A stretch of DNA of 64,000 bases from Mytilus trossulus (lineage: Eukaryota). The stretch is from NCBI RefSeq assembly GCF_036588685.1, contig NC_086375.1:47306001-47370000 (forward strand). Reading direction: 5' to 3'. Below are positions 11,697 through 25,810 of the stretch, piece by piece. Every line of letters begins with the position of its first letter. The first letter of the stretch is position 1. A model generated the notes under the pieces. It did not search any database. It was not told the origin of the DNA and saw only the letters and a list, made by a program, of their open reading frames with translations. The position numbers and the translations under genes were made by a program.

Positions 11697-12280
11697 GGTG
11701 GTATGGGAGTCTAAAATGATAGAATTTGTTCATACTTTGCCAAAACATAGTGTCTATTGATATATGTTGAAAAATATAATAAAAATGATAGGTCACCGTG
11801 CATTTTCTTATACTACAGGACGTGACAAAATGACATATTTTGTATGGATTGTACAGGAAAAAACACCATTTTGTGATTAGAAACTAAACAAAATGATAGA
11901 ATTGTTAAAATCTTAAGGAAAAGATAGCTTTCAGACAATGCTTTGAGAATATCAAAAGAAAAGATAGGGTCACCGTACGTTATTTCCGGCTAAAATACAA
12001 GATAGGAAAATTTCATGTAGAATCCTTCAGAAAATGCACTGTTTTAGAGTTACCTCCCCTTAAAATGGCAATTTAAAAAAAATTAGACAAACAAAAATAA
12101 TCAACATTTGCAAAAATGTTAATATTTATAAGTTAAAATCTAATAAATTGGTTCTTTTAAATGAAAATTCACATTAAATATCTGCATTCCTGCATCAAAT
12201 TTTGCTAATTTGATAGAAAATCTGGACCTTTGGTTCTCTGTTTTTTACAATCCAAGATGGAGGAAGACACCCATACCACC
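11697..12280. mobile_element. Non-autonomous DNA transposon, Kolobok-type (584 bp)
   Basis: TIRs GGTGGTATGGGAGTCT and AGACACCCATACCACC (1 mismatch in 16). TTAA on both sides (11693-11696, 12281-12284). RR...YY termini and no ORF. Confidence 0.8.
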
Positions 12281-14698
12281 TTAAATCAACATGCAATGTT
12301 TAGTCGTTTGCTAGTTATTCGTATTAATTGATATATGCGTTTAGAACCTTTGGCGACCCCGCAATTTATGTGACTAAAACACGTACGACACGACAGGTGG
12401 ACGTTACAGACGAACTTGTCCACGCTATTATAAAATGATTGTTAACACAGAAATAATTTCTACATTGAAGAGCTGACAAGACACGCTGTCATAGAGAAAA
12501 GACTCATTGTCTGTATCAAAAATCAAATACATAATTTAAATAAAAACATATTTTTCATCCTGAAAAGTTCAAATTCTTTCGACCACAATAAGTATTACCA
12601 GAAAAAAATTCAACTGCACAACTAAATAAAAACGTGAGGAGCTATATATAACCAAAAGAGCCTAAAATAAAACCAAATCCATCCAAGGGCAGTTCTGCCT
12701 GAGACATTCAGCAACTACAAGTTACTGTTTTTATAGTTTGTTCTTATGTTGTAACACTATTGTCACATGTAACCCGCCATACTCTGTATGTGTTTGTTCC
12801 ATGTCAGTAGGTCTATAGTTTTTCTTGATTGAATCGTTATTCATTTTTCATTTCGGAGTATTTTATTGCAGAAGACCATACGGTGACCCCAAATTGTAAA
12901 TTTTTATGTCATTTGGTCTCTGGTGGAGAGTGGTGTAATTAAGATGGCAAGCATACCACATCTTCTTATTTTACATGCAGTTATACTGAAACTGAATGTT
13001 ACAACTCATGAAGACCGTAGTTCTTCTTTAACCATAAATTGAGGCTCACACATGCTCAAATGTACCTTGTGGAAATAATTACAAGATTATTCCAGAATGG
13101 TTTCCAGAATATTTCAGAAACGAGTATCATGTGCACTGTTTTCGGTATCATATTACTGAGTTTGGTCAATGATGTTTACTGAGTTTGGTCAATGATGTTG
13201 GACTTCTTATCGGCGCAGGGACCATCCATTAAGTAACAAATGGTTCGGTACTGAAATATTTTTAACAAAAGGTTTTTATATATATGTATAATAAATATTT
13301 CATGAATTTCTTTAAACTCATGAGCTCAATCTTTTTATGTATTTTTTAAAAATTTATTATTGATTTCTACCCGTCTTACTCTTTGAACACCGTATCGGTT
13401 GCCCCTTTTCAATTGATGCTCTATGCATGCCTCTTTGGCGTCGTATTTTTCAAATCATTTTCACAAAGAAATTATATTAGACACTAAAAGCAAAATATTT
13501 AGAGACTGTTTTGTTAAAATTCCAAGAGCTGTAAATAATCTGTAGTTAAAAAGTAACAATAACGAATCTCATTGTGCGACCAAATCACCACCATTATCAA
13601 AATACCCTTTTTTTCTAAAAAGTTCAAATTACTTCATCCCTTTGCCCAACTTCGAGTTGTGTGATACTTTCACTAACTGTCTTTCCGGCAGCACTCCTTT
13701 TGCGCCAATTACTGTTTTTCAGGGGTATCATTTGCGCCAAATCTTTTTTTTTTCAAATGTATCAATTGCGCCAGTTTTCAGAACCCATTTGCGCCAATGT
13801 ACCTGAACACATATTGATCGTACATTTTAAAGATTAATATATATTTGGTATCATTTTTGTCTGAGTGGAAATCGCAAGGCCACACATGTTATTGCTAATT
13901 AAACAATGCTATATTTATTAAGTATGTTCAATCATTTCAGAATGAATAGATTGTTGTTTTGAAATCTGGGACTTGATCAATTCTTTTTTTTTTATTTGAC
14001 AAACATATAATTAAAACACTTAAAATAGTTTCTAAAGTAATTTGACAAGGAGGAAACGGTTTAATTTACTTGCACCCGGCATGGAAGGTCTCAATTAAGT
14101 TTAAACTAGAGAGTGGGTGTCAATCTGTTTTCAAAGTAAACTAGACCAATAACTATAGATCACTAATAGTATATACAATTACTTTAAGTTTAAAAAAAAA
14201 ACGGATAACTGCCTTATGCTGAATTTCCAAGCTTCGTCATACAGGTTCGATACTGCATATCATATTGCAAGAGTAGCAAAATCGTGCTGTGATCACAAAA
14301 ACATTTTTACATATTATGTAATTGTATATTAACTGACTTTTATTCAATTAGCATACTACAAGTTGTGTCCTGTTTTGGCAGGTAACAATTGTGTGAAAAA
14401 GGGTCAAAAAGTGTATTACTGTGAAATATGATACCTCGAGCATAAATGTGTGACGCAGACCAATCGAAAATAAGAATATTTAATGCATATAGTATAAGGG
14501 ACGTTATGACACTCCATCGTTCAAAGGCACTTATTCATTTGTAAATACATGCAAACTATTATAAAGCTTTAAACATATGAATGTTTTAATATAAATGTTT
14601 AAATGAAATTTGCATATATCACAGATAATAATGCTACACAACTTTCAAAACTTTTTTTTTCATCAACGACAAAAATGGATGGAATAAATTATGACTGA

Positions 14699-16153
14699 CT
14701 ATGGTCCAGTGAATATTTGCTTAACTTGGTTTCGGAAAGCAGGATTTATGGCACTATATACATACTGATTAGCTACATTGTTAATGAAATAAGTCACATT
14801 CATAAGAACTAATAAGCTGCGAGTTGAATTTGGCAAATTCTCTTCGACATAAACATGATTAGCGTTCAAAGTTTCAACAATTATGGTAGGAAGATAAGAG
14901 AATATATAAACAATCGTCACAGTGCTAAATATTACTGTGTTTGTCGTCACGGTCCTTGAACTTTTAAAGCCCTTCCTTGAACCATAACCGCTCCCTGTAC
15001 TAAATGTTGAATGTCTTCTATCCTTGTAATTTCTATGCTCGTTTTCTTCTATTGTCGACGATTGTCGTCCGTTGTTGTGTTTTTTATAACTAAAATGAGT
15101 AGGCCGACTAATTCTTTCATGAATAAATCCATTATTTGATTTTCCATTTTGTGCTGTGACAGAATTTTCGGTATTAGAAGTGTCAGCTTTGTTATTTGGT
15201 TGTTCATGGTGAGAAACGTCCGTATTCTCGTCATTTTCTGCAGAAAAAGTTTCAGAGGTTTCACTGTTATACCGTTTCTTTTTAGAATATTTAAATTTAG
15301 ATATCACTTTACTAAGTCTATAATTCATTGATACAACATGTACCGGTGACGAGGGAATGTCCTCGCCTATATGTTGATTCTTCCATACCCAAATTGCTTT
15401 AAATATACGTACATACATGAAAGACAGTAAAATTATAACAACAACATTCAACACTCCCATAAATCCAAAGTAAACTGATGGTAAAACCGAACTTTTATAC
15501 TTGTCATCATCCCCACAATCTAACCCCACTACATTTTTGACACCAGTTTGTACAGTCTCAGGTCCGTGAAAGAGCAACATAGGCCAAGAAAGTACCAAAC
15601 TTATACAAATACAAATAAGCAAACACATTCTAGCTTTCTTGTATGAAAACCTCTTAAATGGTTTGCATATTTTATAATAACGATCCAAAGCAATACACAA
15701 CAAAAATAAACTAGATGATACAGTTGAAAACATCTCTGTTAGTCTGGTTATTTTACACAATACTCTATAACGCCCTGTGTACATCGGAAACCGTTTGTCA
15801 AATACTTCCATTAACATTGCAATACAACACATTGTATCAAACACAGCTAAGCATAGAACAAAGAAATGGGCGTTTGTCCGCTTGAATCGGAATCCATAGA
15901 TGTATAAAACCAGCGAATTTCCGAATATTCCGAATACAGCTAAAACAATTAGAAAGATAACACACGGCAGGTTGATATTCCTATATAAACTTTCATTGTA
16001 CAGCCATATAATTACACTGTCAGAAAATGGATTGCCACCAATCGTGGACTCATTACTGGAGTTATTTGTTGTCCGATTTATCGTATCCATCAATTGATAA
16101 GTATTCTCAAGATTTCCGATTATCATCATCAGTTTACCATTTCTGAATTTCAT
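14699..16153 (-). CDS. Intronless rhodopsin-family (class A) GPCR, peptide-receptor-like (CCK/orexin-receptor-like orphan); start ATG uncertain (16153 to 16090)
   Basis: Seven hydrophobic segments. GN in TM1, LAVFD in TM2, Cys at the top of TM3, ALDRYYKICKPF, SWP in TM4, FSYLP in TM6, NQYVY in TM7. N-terminal N-glycosylation sequons and a long third intracellular loop. Confidence 0.9.
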   Translation of the reverse strand: MKFRNGKLMMIIGNLENTYQLMDTINRTTNNSSNESTIGGNPFSDSVIIWLYNESLYRNINLPCVIFLIVLAVFGIFGNSLVLYIYGFRFKRTNAHFFVLCLAVFDTMCCIAMLMEVFDKRFPMYTGRYRVLCKITRLTEMFSTVSSSLFLLCIALDRYYKICKPFKRFSYKKARMCLLICICISLVLSWPMLLFHGPETVQTGVKNVVGLDCGDDDKYKSSVLPSVYFGFMGVLNVVVIILLSFMYVRIFKAIWVWKNQHIGEDIPSSPVHVVSMNYRLSKVISKFKYSKKKRYNSETSETFSAENDENTDVSHHEQPNNKADTSNTENSVTAQNGKSNNGFIHERISRPTHFSYKKHNNGRQSSTIEENEHRNYKDRRHSTFSTGSGYGSRKGFKSSRTVTTNTVIFSTVTIVYIFSYLPTIIVETLNANHVYVEENLPNSTRSLLVLMNVTYFINNVANQYVYSAINPAFRNQVKQIFTGP

Positions 16154-18145
16154 TAATTTTAACACTTTTTATCCGATACATGTCACTTAAAATTTGGTTG
16201 ACTTTTCTTTGTGACTTGATATTTAAAATTTATCTTAAATCTTCACTGTTCAATGACGCGGAAAAACCAAAATATAACGTTTATGTGTTTATTTTTTTGG
16301 TTAAAAGTAAACAACTATAAAAGCCTTAAGGAAGACCATAAAACGTATGATTTTCCGTGTTGTTCTATGCTTTTTGTTATTCACACACGATAGAAAATGA
16401 AAAATAAGTGTACAGGTTGTAATATCAACAAATGCTATTTGTGAACATAAAAATCTATTTTTTGCAAATGTATCACACCGAAACGCTAAACTATACACAC
16501 AAGAGAATCATTTAAATTTAACAGCGGGTTGTGTTAAAGCATGGAAGTAATATTTAAAGTAACTTGAAAGTCGATTTAAACTAATTTTATATGACGTATG
16601 ATTTTTTCAACAAAAGAAGTTGTGATATTTTCCTCCTTCATCTACCCGGATTTTAAATAATAACAAAGAACACCAATGCATTTTAAATTTAATGTTTTAC
16701 AGCATTTTATAATACTATTTGAGTACTTTTAAAAGACAGTGCTTGTGAGTTAATGCAATAAGACTTCTTAATTAATTTTATCACATACATATCAGTCGGA
16801 CCATTAAAGTCCATTTGGAAACTCAAGGTCGGCTTTTTATTCAAAAAGTTATATTTATGCTCATTAAATTTATATTTAATGATTAATTCTTAACTTTTAA
16901 ATATCTAATATAAAACATGTTTAGACAAAATTCAAAATTTAAGCTTAAACGTTTTGCATTAGAACTAAAATATGCCAATCTACTGTCATGGTTTCTTGGA
17001 TTACACGCATTTATCTGTTAACCTCTAATTTGTCTGCATGCAGGAACATTAACCCTCCCCTTGCATATATGTTAAGTCATCACTGCATTATACCACAAAC
17101 ATATACTTTGAACAATAAGTTTCCTAAAGATGAAATGCACAATTTTTCATACACTTTTAGGTATATAAAAAATACAAATATATTTGACATGAAGTTTTAC
17201 AACCATTGATCTTACAAAACAAGTGGTAAAACCTAAGACGGAAATTTATCTGAATTTGATTTTTTTGATAATTGTTTAAAGGAAGGCTTCTGTTACCAAT
17301 ATAATCTTTTAAGAAGGAACGGAGCATCAACAGGAAACTTGAAACGGGGTTTGATTTTCTGAAATGACATTCGGTCTTCCCCTTGTCATGCTCCTAATTG
17401 CGTCTACATATAAGTTAAGTCTTTCTCTGACTATTAAAGGCATACGATACAGTTTTGACCCCATAATAAAATGTTGGTGAACATTTGCATACATACTATT
17501 TTTTACATTATTAAATCAAATATGTAATAAAAAAATATACCATCATGTGCTAATTTTTGGGTAAATTGAGGTTCAAATTTCAGACATTTCCTCGAAATTC
17601 AAATTTTTGGACGTATTTTTCCTTCCGACAGAACTACATTACCTTTTTGTTTTAAAAGGTAAACACAAGCTTTTTTTTGTTAAAGTATTTGTATTTTGTT
17701 TTTAAAAGCTGCCATTTTGTCCATTGTAGAGAGTTTTCTCATTGGCAATACTGTCACATCTTCTTATTCTTATTGTCTTATGATTCGTACAATCATTTTG
17801 ATGGATTAACACAGGGCGTCCAATCTACTAAAATAAGATCAATACATTCTAACTATACGTCCTATTTCAGACTATCTCTTCGACAGATTCAACAGGATTT
17901 GAGATACCAATTTCCATTAAAAATAGTCGTTTTGGTATTGCGCACAGAAGATATTGTCTGCTCTTCGACTGTCTCGATAATTCAATGGCATTTTAATCGT
18001 GTTCATCATGTTTTGATTTGTGTGATCTATTCGTTTGTAGTACCTTTAGTCGGTAATAGGGAGTGGATACAGAGTACCAATATTATGAAATATTCCAATA
18101 GTCTTTTTTTTCTTGTGAATTTTCTGACCTCCTCTCAACATTAAT

Positions 18146-18402
18146 GTCATTTTCGCTGTCAATAATATACGCTAGCAAATCATGCATGTATATTTATTCT
18201 CTTCAAATTCCAGCTGCAGAAATGTACAATATTTGTAAATTTGTTGAAACCAAATTTCATTTGTTGTTTTGTTTATTTCCCTTGTCTCTGTTGCTCTGAT
18301 GTCCTTTTCGCTGTCAATAATACACACATTCAATCAAATCATGCACGTATATTTTGTTCTCTTCAAATTTCAGCAACAGAATGGTACAATATGTGTAAAT
18401 TT
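18146..18402. repeat. Diverged local duplication of ~100 bp at 155-bp spacing
   Basis: TTTTCGCTGTCAATAATA...AAATCATGCA...CTCTTCAAATT...GTACAATAT.TGTAAATTT occurs at about 18146 and 18301. Confidence 0.6.
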
Positions 18403-19639
18403 TCAATACATTTTTTTTATTTTTTTTTTTTTTTATTTATTTCCCTTTTCCCTGTTGATCTGATTTTAGATTTATAGAAAATAAACGATTTTATTCCTGA
18501 TATGGATATAAGAGTTATACAAAAAATGAGTTATCTCTCATTAGAGAATTTTACGTTTCAAACGAAACTTACGTACGTTAACGCAAGAAACTTAGGCTAT
18601 CAATTATACGGACTTATAAGACATAATATAAATTGTGGTTGTCTCCCTTCGCCGGTTCTGCATTTAAGATTTTGAACAGTCGGATAGTTATAATTTTGTT
18701 TAATTCTTAAATAACATTCATGTTATACAGGCACGGACACTTCGATTTTTTTTGGGTGGGGCCGGTAGGGGATGGGGTCGAGGTTGCTGGGAATTCAAAA
18801 TGAAGATATTTCTGCCCATTAGATAATATTCCAAAAAAAATTCCACGTCAGACAGGGTCTCCCCCTCCCCCATATTTTTTTTTTTATCTAAATGATCGAT
18901 GACTTAATAATTGCAAATTAAATACAGAATAACCATACATTGTCTTGAAATATTAATGTTATTGGTACAGGCTTAGAAACAGGAAGAAAGCGAGGCTGTT
19001 TCTAAGCATTGATATTTCGAGACAATTTATGGTTGTTCTATATTTATGAGTTAAACATAAGTTTTTTTTTATACAATCATATCTATTTGATAGAGGGATA
19101 GATGAAATTTGAAATAAATAGGCAGGACCCTCGAATTTATGATGAAACAAAGTTTGTAAAAGTATTTACAAAAAGAGCAGAACCAAAAAATGTTTGCAAA
19201 ACAAGATTATTGGAATATAGAAAAAAAGCATAGGTTGGCAAGCTTGGACAAAATAGGCTCAATAAAAATGTCGTCTGAAATTTTATCCATGCACCCCTCC
19301 CCTAAAAAAAAGGGGTTGCATCCTTATCAAAAACAATGGACGAAAGTAAAAGGTGAACAAAAAAATAATTTACCACAAAGTTTTTGGTATTTGAATGTCA
19401 ATATTTTCTTTTTGTCCGTCTTCCTTCTTTTCAAGACTGAGTGAATTATCGACTTCATTATACCAGAATACAAATTAATACGTCTGCATGGTCGGAATTC
19501 TGTCGAACTGACGGAAAGGAGTTCAACTATTTGACTATTATACCTCATCATTGAAGGTCGTGTCAATTAAGATAAACGGTACTGTAGTTCCATCGGTTCA
19601 ATTAAAGAAGTAAATCGGTGTAGTCATGTTTGTACATAA

Positions 19640-19945
19640 GTTGACAGAGTAAAAGGTCGACATGTTTACACTAGAAAGGTTGACAAGTTGACCCTAGAAA
19701 GTTCTACAAGGTTGACAAGTGTTAAGGTCGACAGGTTGACAGGTCGACCTGTTGAAAAGACGATAAATGCATGATAGGTTGACCGGTTGACAAGTGTAGA
19801 GGTTAAAAGTTTGACAGGTCGACATGTTGAAAAGTCGATAAATCCATAGCTCGACAGGTTGACAAGTGTGAAGACTCAGGGTTAACAGATTGACAGGTCG
19901 GTACATGCATAGGTCGACAGGTTAACAAGTGTAAAGGTTAACTCT
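19640..19945. repeat. Degenerate short-period tandem repeat (GTCGACAG/GTTGACAA subunits)
   Basis: Repeated TCGACAGGTTGACAAGTGT-like units. These account for the low-complexity ORF at 19694-19906. Confidence 0.7.
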
Positions 19946-20439
19946 CGTGTATTGTTGAAAGATGTGTTGGACTTGCAAAGAGAAGGGCTGAATTTATAAA
20001 TGATCTTGGTGAAGAACAAGCTGCTCCTAAGGTTGCAGAATAAGGACATGAAAGATTTGTTTTTATTTCGTTTTTAAAAAATAAAATTGTCAATATTTAA
20101 AAACCTTGTCAGTCAATTATTCAAATAACAGTCATTGCGGTAAATTAGGAAAGTACGATTTCTTTTATTTTTTTTTAATACCAACTCGTGTAGGTGAGTG
20201 AGATTTAAACATACTCAACTGATATACATTACAGCACGGGCTGTGAACTGAAAAAAATGGATTGTAAAAACTGAAAATTCTAAACATTTTTTTGTTTCTC
20301 AGTCAGTCAACATGTTAAAGACTTTTCAGTCTTATTATTGGTATCTAGTGGCAAGTTTTACGTCGTCACTTCGAAAACATTTGTGAGCATCAAGTTTGAT
20401 TTAAAACTAAAAAAGGTAAAGCTCAGGGTCATCGTTTCA

Positions 20440-20710
20440 CGAATGTGAACTACCGAATTAAACTGTTTACTGGATTTTTTTTATAACATAAGCAACACGA
20501 TGGGTGCCACATGTGGAACATATCTCTTACCCTTCCAGAGCACCTGAGATCACCCCTAGTTTTGGTGGGGTTCGTGTTGTTTAGTCTAGTTTTCTATGTT
20601 ATGTATTCTGTACTATTATTTGTCCTTTTGTCCTTTTGTTTTAAGCCATGGCGTTGTCAGTTTATTTTCAATTTATGAAGTTGACTGTCCCTCTGGTATA
20701 TATCTTTCCT
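20440..20710 (+). repeat. Interspersed repeat family C (3' portion of the Penelope-like element seen at 43086-44484)
   Basis: GCAACACGATGGGTGCCACATGTGG...GAGCACCTGAGATCACCCC...GTTCGTGTTG...AGCCATGGCGTTGTCAGTTTATTTTC matches 44160-44460. Confidence 0.7.
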
Positions 20711-23064
20711 TTTTTATCATTGAGCAGATATGGTCTGATAGCTACCCAAATTGAAACGACAGAAATTTTAAACGAATCAAATATGCTGCTCCATTCAGCT
20801 TACGTTGTCGCTTAGGCAATGCAACAGGAAAAAAAATATAAAGATCACTATTTCCGAAAACCGTACTCGACATGGACCAACTATTATGGTAATGTATTGT
20901 TTTGATTGACAGCTAAGACAGTACAACATTGCATGTGAAAGTCAATTTCTAAAGTTTATACGCTGATTGTCGTAAAAAGGTCCAATAATCTAAGCATCAA
21001 GTCACGCTCCGTTGACATAAATGGTTGAGATATTAAAACCAATTCTGCAACATTTGATATCGTATCTCGCGTTTGGACTTTTTATTCGAAACGCCGAACT
21101 GTTCTTTTCCCGCGACAGCTTTCTTTTTTCTAGAGTAATTACCTTTCACCACCGATGCTTCGAAGGGTAATAGTAATTAATGCTACCTTCAATCGCGCTG
21201 TCGGTTCGTATGTCTGTCTGTTCGTAACAAACCTGATGACACCCTCTTATCTGCATCCTTCAAAGGATTATAAACAAGGCAAATTTATCACATCGCGATA
21301 TGTTTTATTTTCACTTGCCATAATGAATTTTCCAGGTAATAATTTTCTTGATAGATTGTGGCACACACGACACAGATCATTCATTAAAAAAATAGATAAA
21401 AACTGAATCATAAGACAAAAAAAATACGTTTGGTATTCTTACAAATATTAACAAAAGCCTTTACTCATGTTAATGGCAATCAAATAAAATAACACCCAAA
21501 ATGATCTTAATTAATGATAAAATAATCCGGGTATTTCAATATGCCTCAATATTAGAAAAAAAACCACTACACGTTAAATGTATATATTTTAATTACTTAA
21601 ATTACTGAACTTGTATTGTCCTTCATCTTTGATCAACTTTATCCTTTTTAGAATAAATATGTTCAAAAACTAATTTTTCCGTATACTCTCTGAACGCGGC
21701 ACGCGATATTCACAAATTAGTTGAAAAGAAACTCTTTTAGTACGAAAATAGGAAACATTGTTCACTGCATATTATTCAAAATATACATGTGTCCCCTGCG
21801 AACAAAGTTGGCATTTTCTTACGTTCGGATATAATACTAGTGTAAACGTTCGGTTGTAGAGTACGTTATTTTAAATAAATTTGAATTAAATGGAAAAAGG
21901 GAGACAAACACAATATTACAACAACCAAGTTAAGGTGTATTACGTACGTCAAAGTATATGATTTTTGTTTAATTTACAAGTTAAATGACCAACGGGAGAT
22001 AACAATGAGTATTTATTGAAATGTTAAAGTATGTTACGTATTACGTACGTCAAAAACCTAAAATTCTCTATTGTACGGTTAACAGTTTCGGTGAATTGTA
22101 AATGACAGTTTTTCACTTATAAGTGTCAATTTCTGAAAGGACACATCTTATATGCATCGAAAGGATTTAATAAAATAAGTAAAAAAAGAATTAATTAAAA
22201 TTAATAAGCTATGTTTATAAACGATATTGTTTTATTCTGAGTAAATGTAAGTAAGTTAGTAGAAAGACATATATTTTATTCTCTAAAACCGATACAGTAG
22301 TAACAAAAGACTTTTAACAACTCCTGTGTTAAGTGTTTTAAAATTGTGGGGTCTTTGGGATCCTGTTTAATTAGAACAAATAAAGTAATGAAATCTTATC
22401 TACTGAATTTGGAACTTTTTCTTGCCAATTTTCCCTGTAAATATGTCATAAATGGTAAAAATGAACAATTTGTTTAAATAAGAAATTTAAATGCAGTTGA
22501 ATATGAAAGAGACTCATTTGTCTCAACTCATATAAAGACTTCGTCTGTAATGAGCCTTAAACTTCTGTTTAATTTTAGAACTCTTTATACAGTTTTCAAG
22601 ATTATAGAAAACCACATAAAATGGGAAAGCATTTCCCTTTAAGACAAATTAAGATGAATAACTTCTATAGGATTTTTTTTTACTAATTTGCGGATCTTTT
22701 TGTTATGCTGATCGTTGGCAATGTCGTCATGGAATAGTAATAGCCCATATAGGAAGTGAACTCAAGATTTCAATCATGTAGACCTATTTGTAACCCTGCC
22801 TTGTTGACCGTTTTTCATTTTTAGTTTCTCTCTGTATACTGTAAATTTCAAGATTACAAAACAAAAATAAAAAATTTGCCAAAAACACAAAGAGCAATAT
22901 TTTATAACAACTACTTCTTTAAAGAGTTGACGAACAATTTAGTTATATCGAAGATTAAGAATAAATGCTTCTAACCTTTATTTTTTATACCATTTTTAAT
23001 TAAGAATACATACACATGTTATGCATTCAACACATAAAATCTTATAAATACTTATAAATGCGCA

Positions 23065-23322
23065 ATTTTGCGCCTGTCCTAAGTTAGGAGCCTCTGGCCT
23101 ATGTTAGTCTTGTATAATTTTTAATTTTAGTTTCTTGTGTATAATTCGATGTTTAGTTCGACGTCCATGCATATTTTTTAAGGGGACAGCTGAAGACCGC
23201 CTAGCTACGGGTGCGGGAGTTTCTCGCTACATCGAAGACCCATTGATGGCCTTCGGCTGATGTCTGCTCTATGGTCGGGTTGTTGTCGCTTTGACACATT
23301 CCCCATTTCCGTTCTCAATTTT
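23065..23322 (-). repeat. Interspersed repeat family B (other copies at about 24625-24745 +, 53097-53212 +, 54280-54450 -)
   Basis: Shared AATTGAGAATGGAAATGGGGAATGTGTCAAAGAGACAACA head, seen as recurring '[10 protein letters not shown]' and '[13 protein letters not shown]' pseudo-ORFs. Confidence 0.75.
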
Positions 23323-25810
23323 ATTGTCTGCAGTTTTATATTTTCTGTTTTCAAACGTTCCCATTTCTCCTTTTTTTGGACATAGTGACATACAAGCATG
23401 AACATCAACACAAAGGATAGAACGGAATATTTTTCTTTAATATAGAGGAAACCGACTAACTTGCAAATAAGCCCTCAAAAGTCTACACAATACTTTTCGT
23501 CAAAATATTTGTGTTAACCAATAGAAAAAAATCTCAGAATATATTTTGAAACGTGTTATATAACCACAATCCGTCATTGACTTAAAGACGTAGTTGTGAC
23601 ATTGTTGTGGTGAAAGACAAATATTCGTGGTCAAAGGTTATTGTGTAAAACATAACACATTTTCAGCTAGTCGGTGAGTGTAGGTCAAACGTAAGTTCAT
23701 TTTACTTGTAGTATTTACAACTAGACTTTAAGGCTCCAGCAGTTATTCGCATCTTACATTTGAAAGAAATCAAGATTTTCATAAAGCAACCATTTACATC
23801 AGTTTATCAAATAGGTATCTCTTTATATTTCCAATTGGTCAGATGATTGCACTGTATCTTTGAATTATTGTCACCCGGACCTGTCTCAAAATCGAATTAA
23901 CCATGCATTTATAATATAATCATTTATAATTTATATAATATGATTTATTATAAGAAAAATAAAACTAGTTAATGTGATGCATACTAAAATGTAGTACAAA
24001 CCTAATATTGAGCAATAGGTAAAATCACTCATGAACGCATTTATATATGTACAAAAAAATTATGCACATGTGCATACTGTGTTATTTTTTTAAGCTAACC
24101 TTTGAAATATCTCTGTTATGACTTTTGGTGTGTGAAAAGGGTTAAAAATATCAGCATTGTAAAATTGTTTTATTGATGACTACATCCACTACTGACTAGT
24201 GGATTTTTTTACAGTACAAACAATTTTATATTCATTCTCAATTTTTATAAATATTCCAAAAGCTTGTAAGAAAAGCACTCATACCATTCTATATTTGTAA
24301 TGACAAAGTTTTATTGGGTGATAATTGTGGCATGGCTTGACATCAGTAACATTGTTTCTGATGTGCATTATACTTCGAGGATAACCAAAATTGGTTATAA
24401 GCGCAGCCATCATAATATTTGTATTGTTAATTTTAAACTACCGCCACATGATAAACTTTCCATTGTGGTGATGTATAAAAGTACCCCACCGCTATGCACT
24501 GGTCATGAGAAGAACTACTACACAATATGAAACTATAATTATTGTTTATTATTTCATATCTAATTTTTTATATAGAAATCGACCTCGCTACATTGCACTA
24601 CACACTTTATAAAATGATAATACAATTGAGAATGGAAATGGGGAATGTGTCAAAGAGACAACATCCTGACCATAGCAGAAAACAGTCAATGGCCACCAAT
24701 GAGTCTTCAACACAGAAAGAATATCCCGCACCTGGATGCGGGCTTCAATATCCCATATTTCTCACATTTTATTTTATTTCTTTGTGTATTGTGTATTTTC
24801 TCTGAATACTCTGACTTAAGTATTCTTTCTCGATGCCTTACTCATTTGGAAACATAATCATAGCTTAGCAATTTCTTTGAAGTCTTTTCTTTAAAACATA
24901 AATTGTTAAGATAAGTTCAAGAGTAAATTGAGACTGTAGAGAAATGAATATGTATATAAGACAAAGGAAAGTACTGACATCACCTAAAGACAAAGGAAAC
25001 AGACAACAACAAAAGACAAAGGAAAAACTGACAACACCAAAGGACAAAGGGAAGAACAGATCAAAACAAAAACAAAAAGGAAAGAACACACAACACCAAT
25101 GCCAAACAAATTACTAACTAGTACTAATATGATGACAATACAGAATTATGTTTCAAAGTCACAATTTACTTTGTTACCTGCATCAAGTTTTTGTTTATTA
25201 CAGGGACGACTGCGGTTTTTCGAAACTGTCTGCATTGAATTAACTAACGATATGCTTGTGAAGTTGTTTCAAGATATTATCGCAAATCATGCTACTAGTA
25301 TGCAAAAAAAAAAAAAAATCAAAAATAAGGTTTTTAAAGATCTTTTACGTCCTTTAAAAAGGTTGTCCTGAGACACAGTGGTAGATTCAAAAAAAGGAGG
25401 GGGGGGGGGGGGGGGTCCGGTGGTTGGACCACACCGTTTTAACGATCATTGCATTTGATTTGAATGAGGACATATTTATATAAAAAAAAACTTTCTCTAT
25501 GATTGGCAACCCCTTTTAAAATAGCTAGATCCGCCCCTGACACACCTTAAAATAAAGTCTGATGGAAGTAAATTAGCAACATATATGGTTTATACATTGT
25601 ACATGTATGTGTTCATTATTCTGGATTTTTACGTTTACGTTAAAGTATGATACCATTCATATCATATTATTCAGCTCTTCTGTCTTAACATGCATTATCA
25701 TTGATATGATCATAATTATAAATCAACCGTTTACAAAACTTCGAACTTTACCTCATGAATAAATTACCTTAGCTGTTTTTGGCAAAACTTTTAGGAATTA
25801 TGGTCCTCAA

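Noticed and set aside
17677-18144. 155-aa ORF and possible coding remnant
   Set aside because: It starts in repeat fragments, and no recognisable domain or splice-consistent model was found on either strand.
25376-25539. hAT-like MITE (CAGTGG...GATCCGCCCCTG)
   Set aside because: The ends are degenerate and no TSD is visible, so support is too weak to list as a feature.
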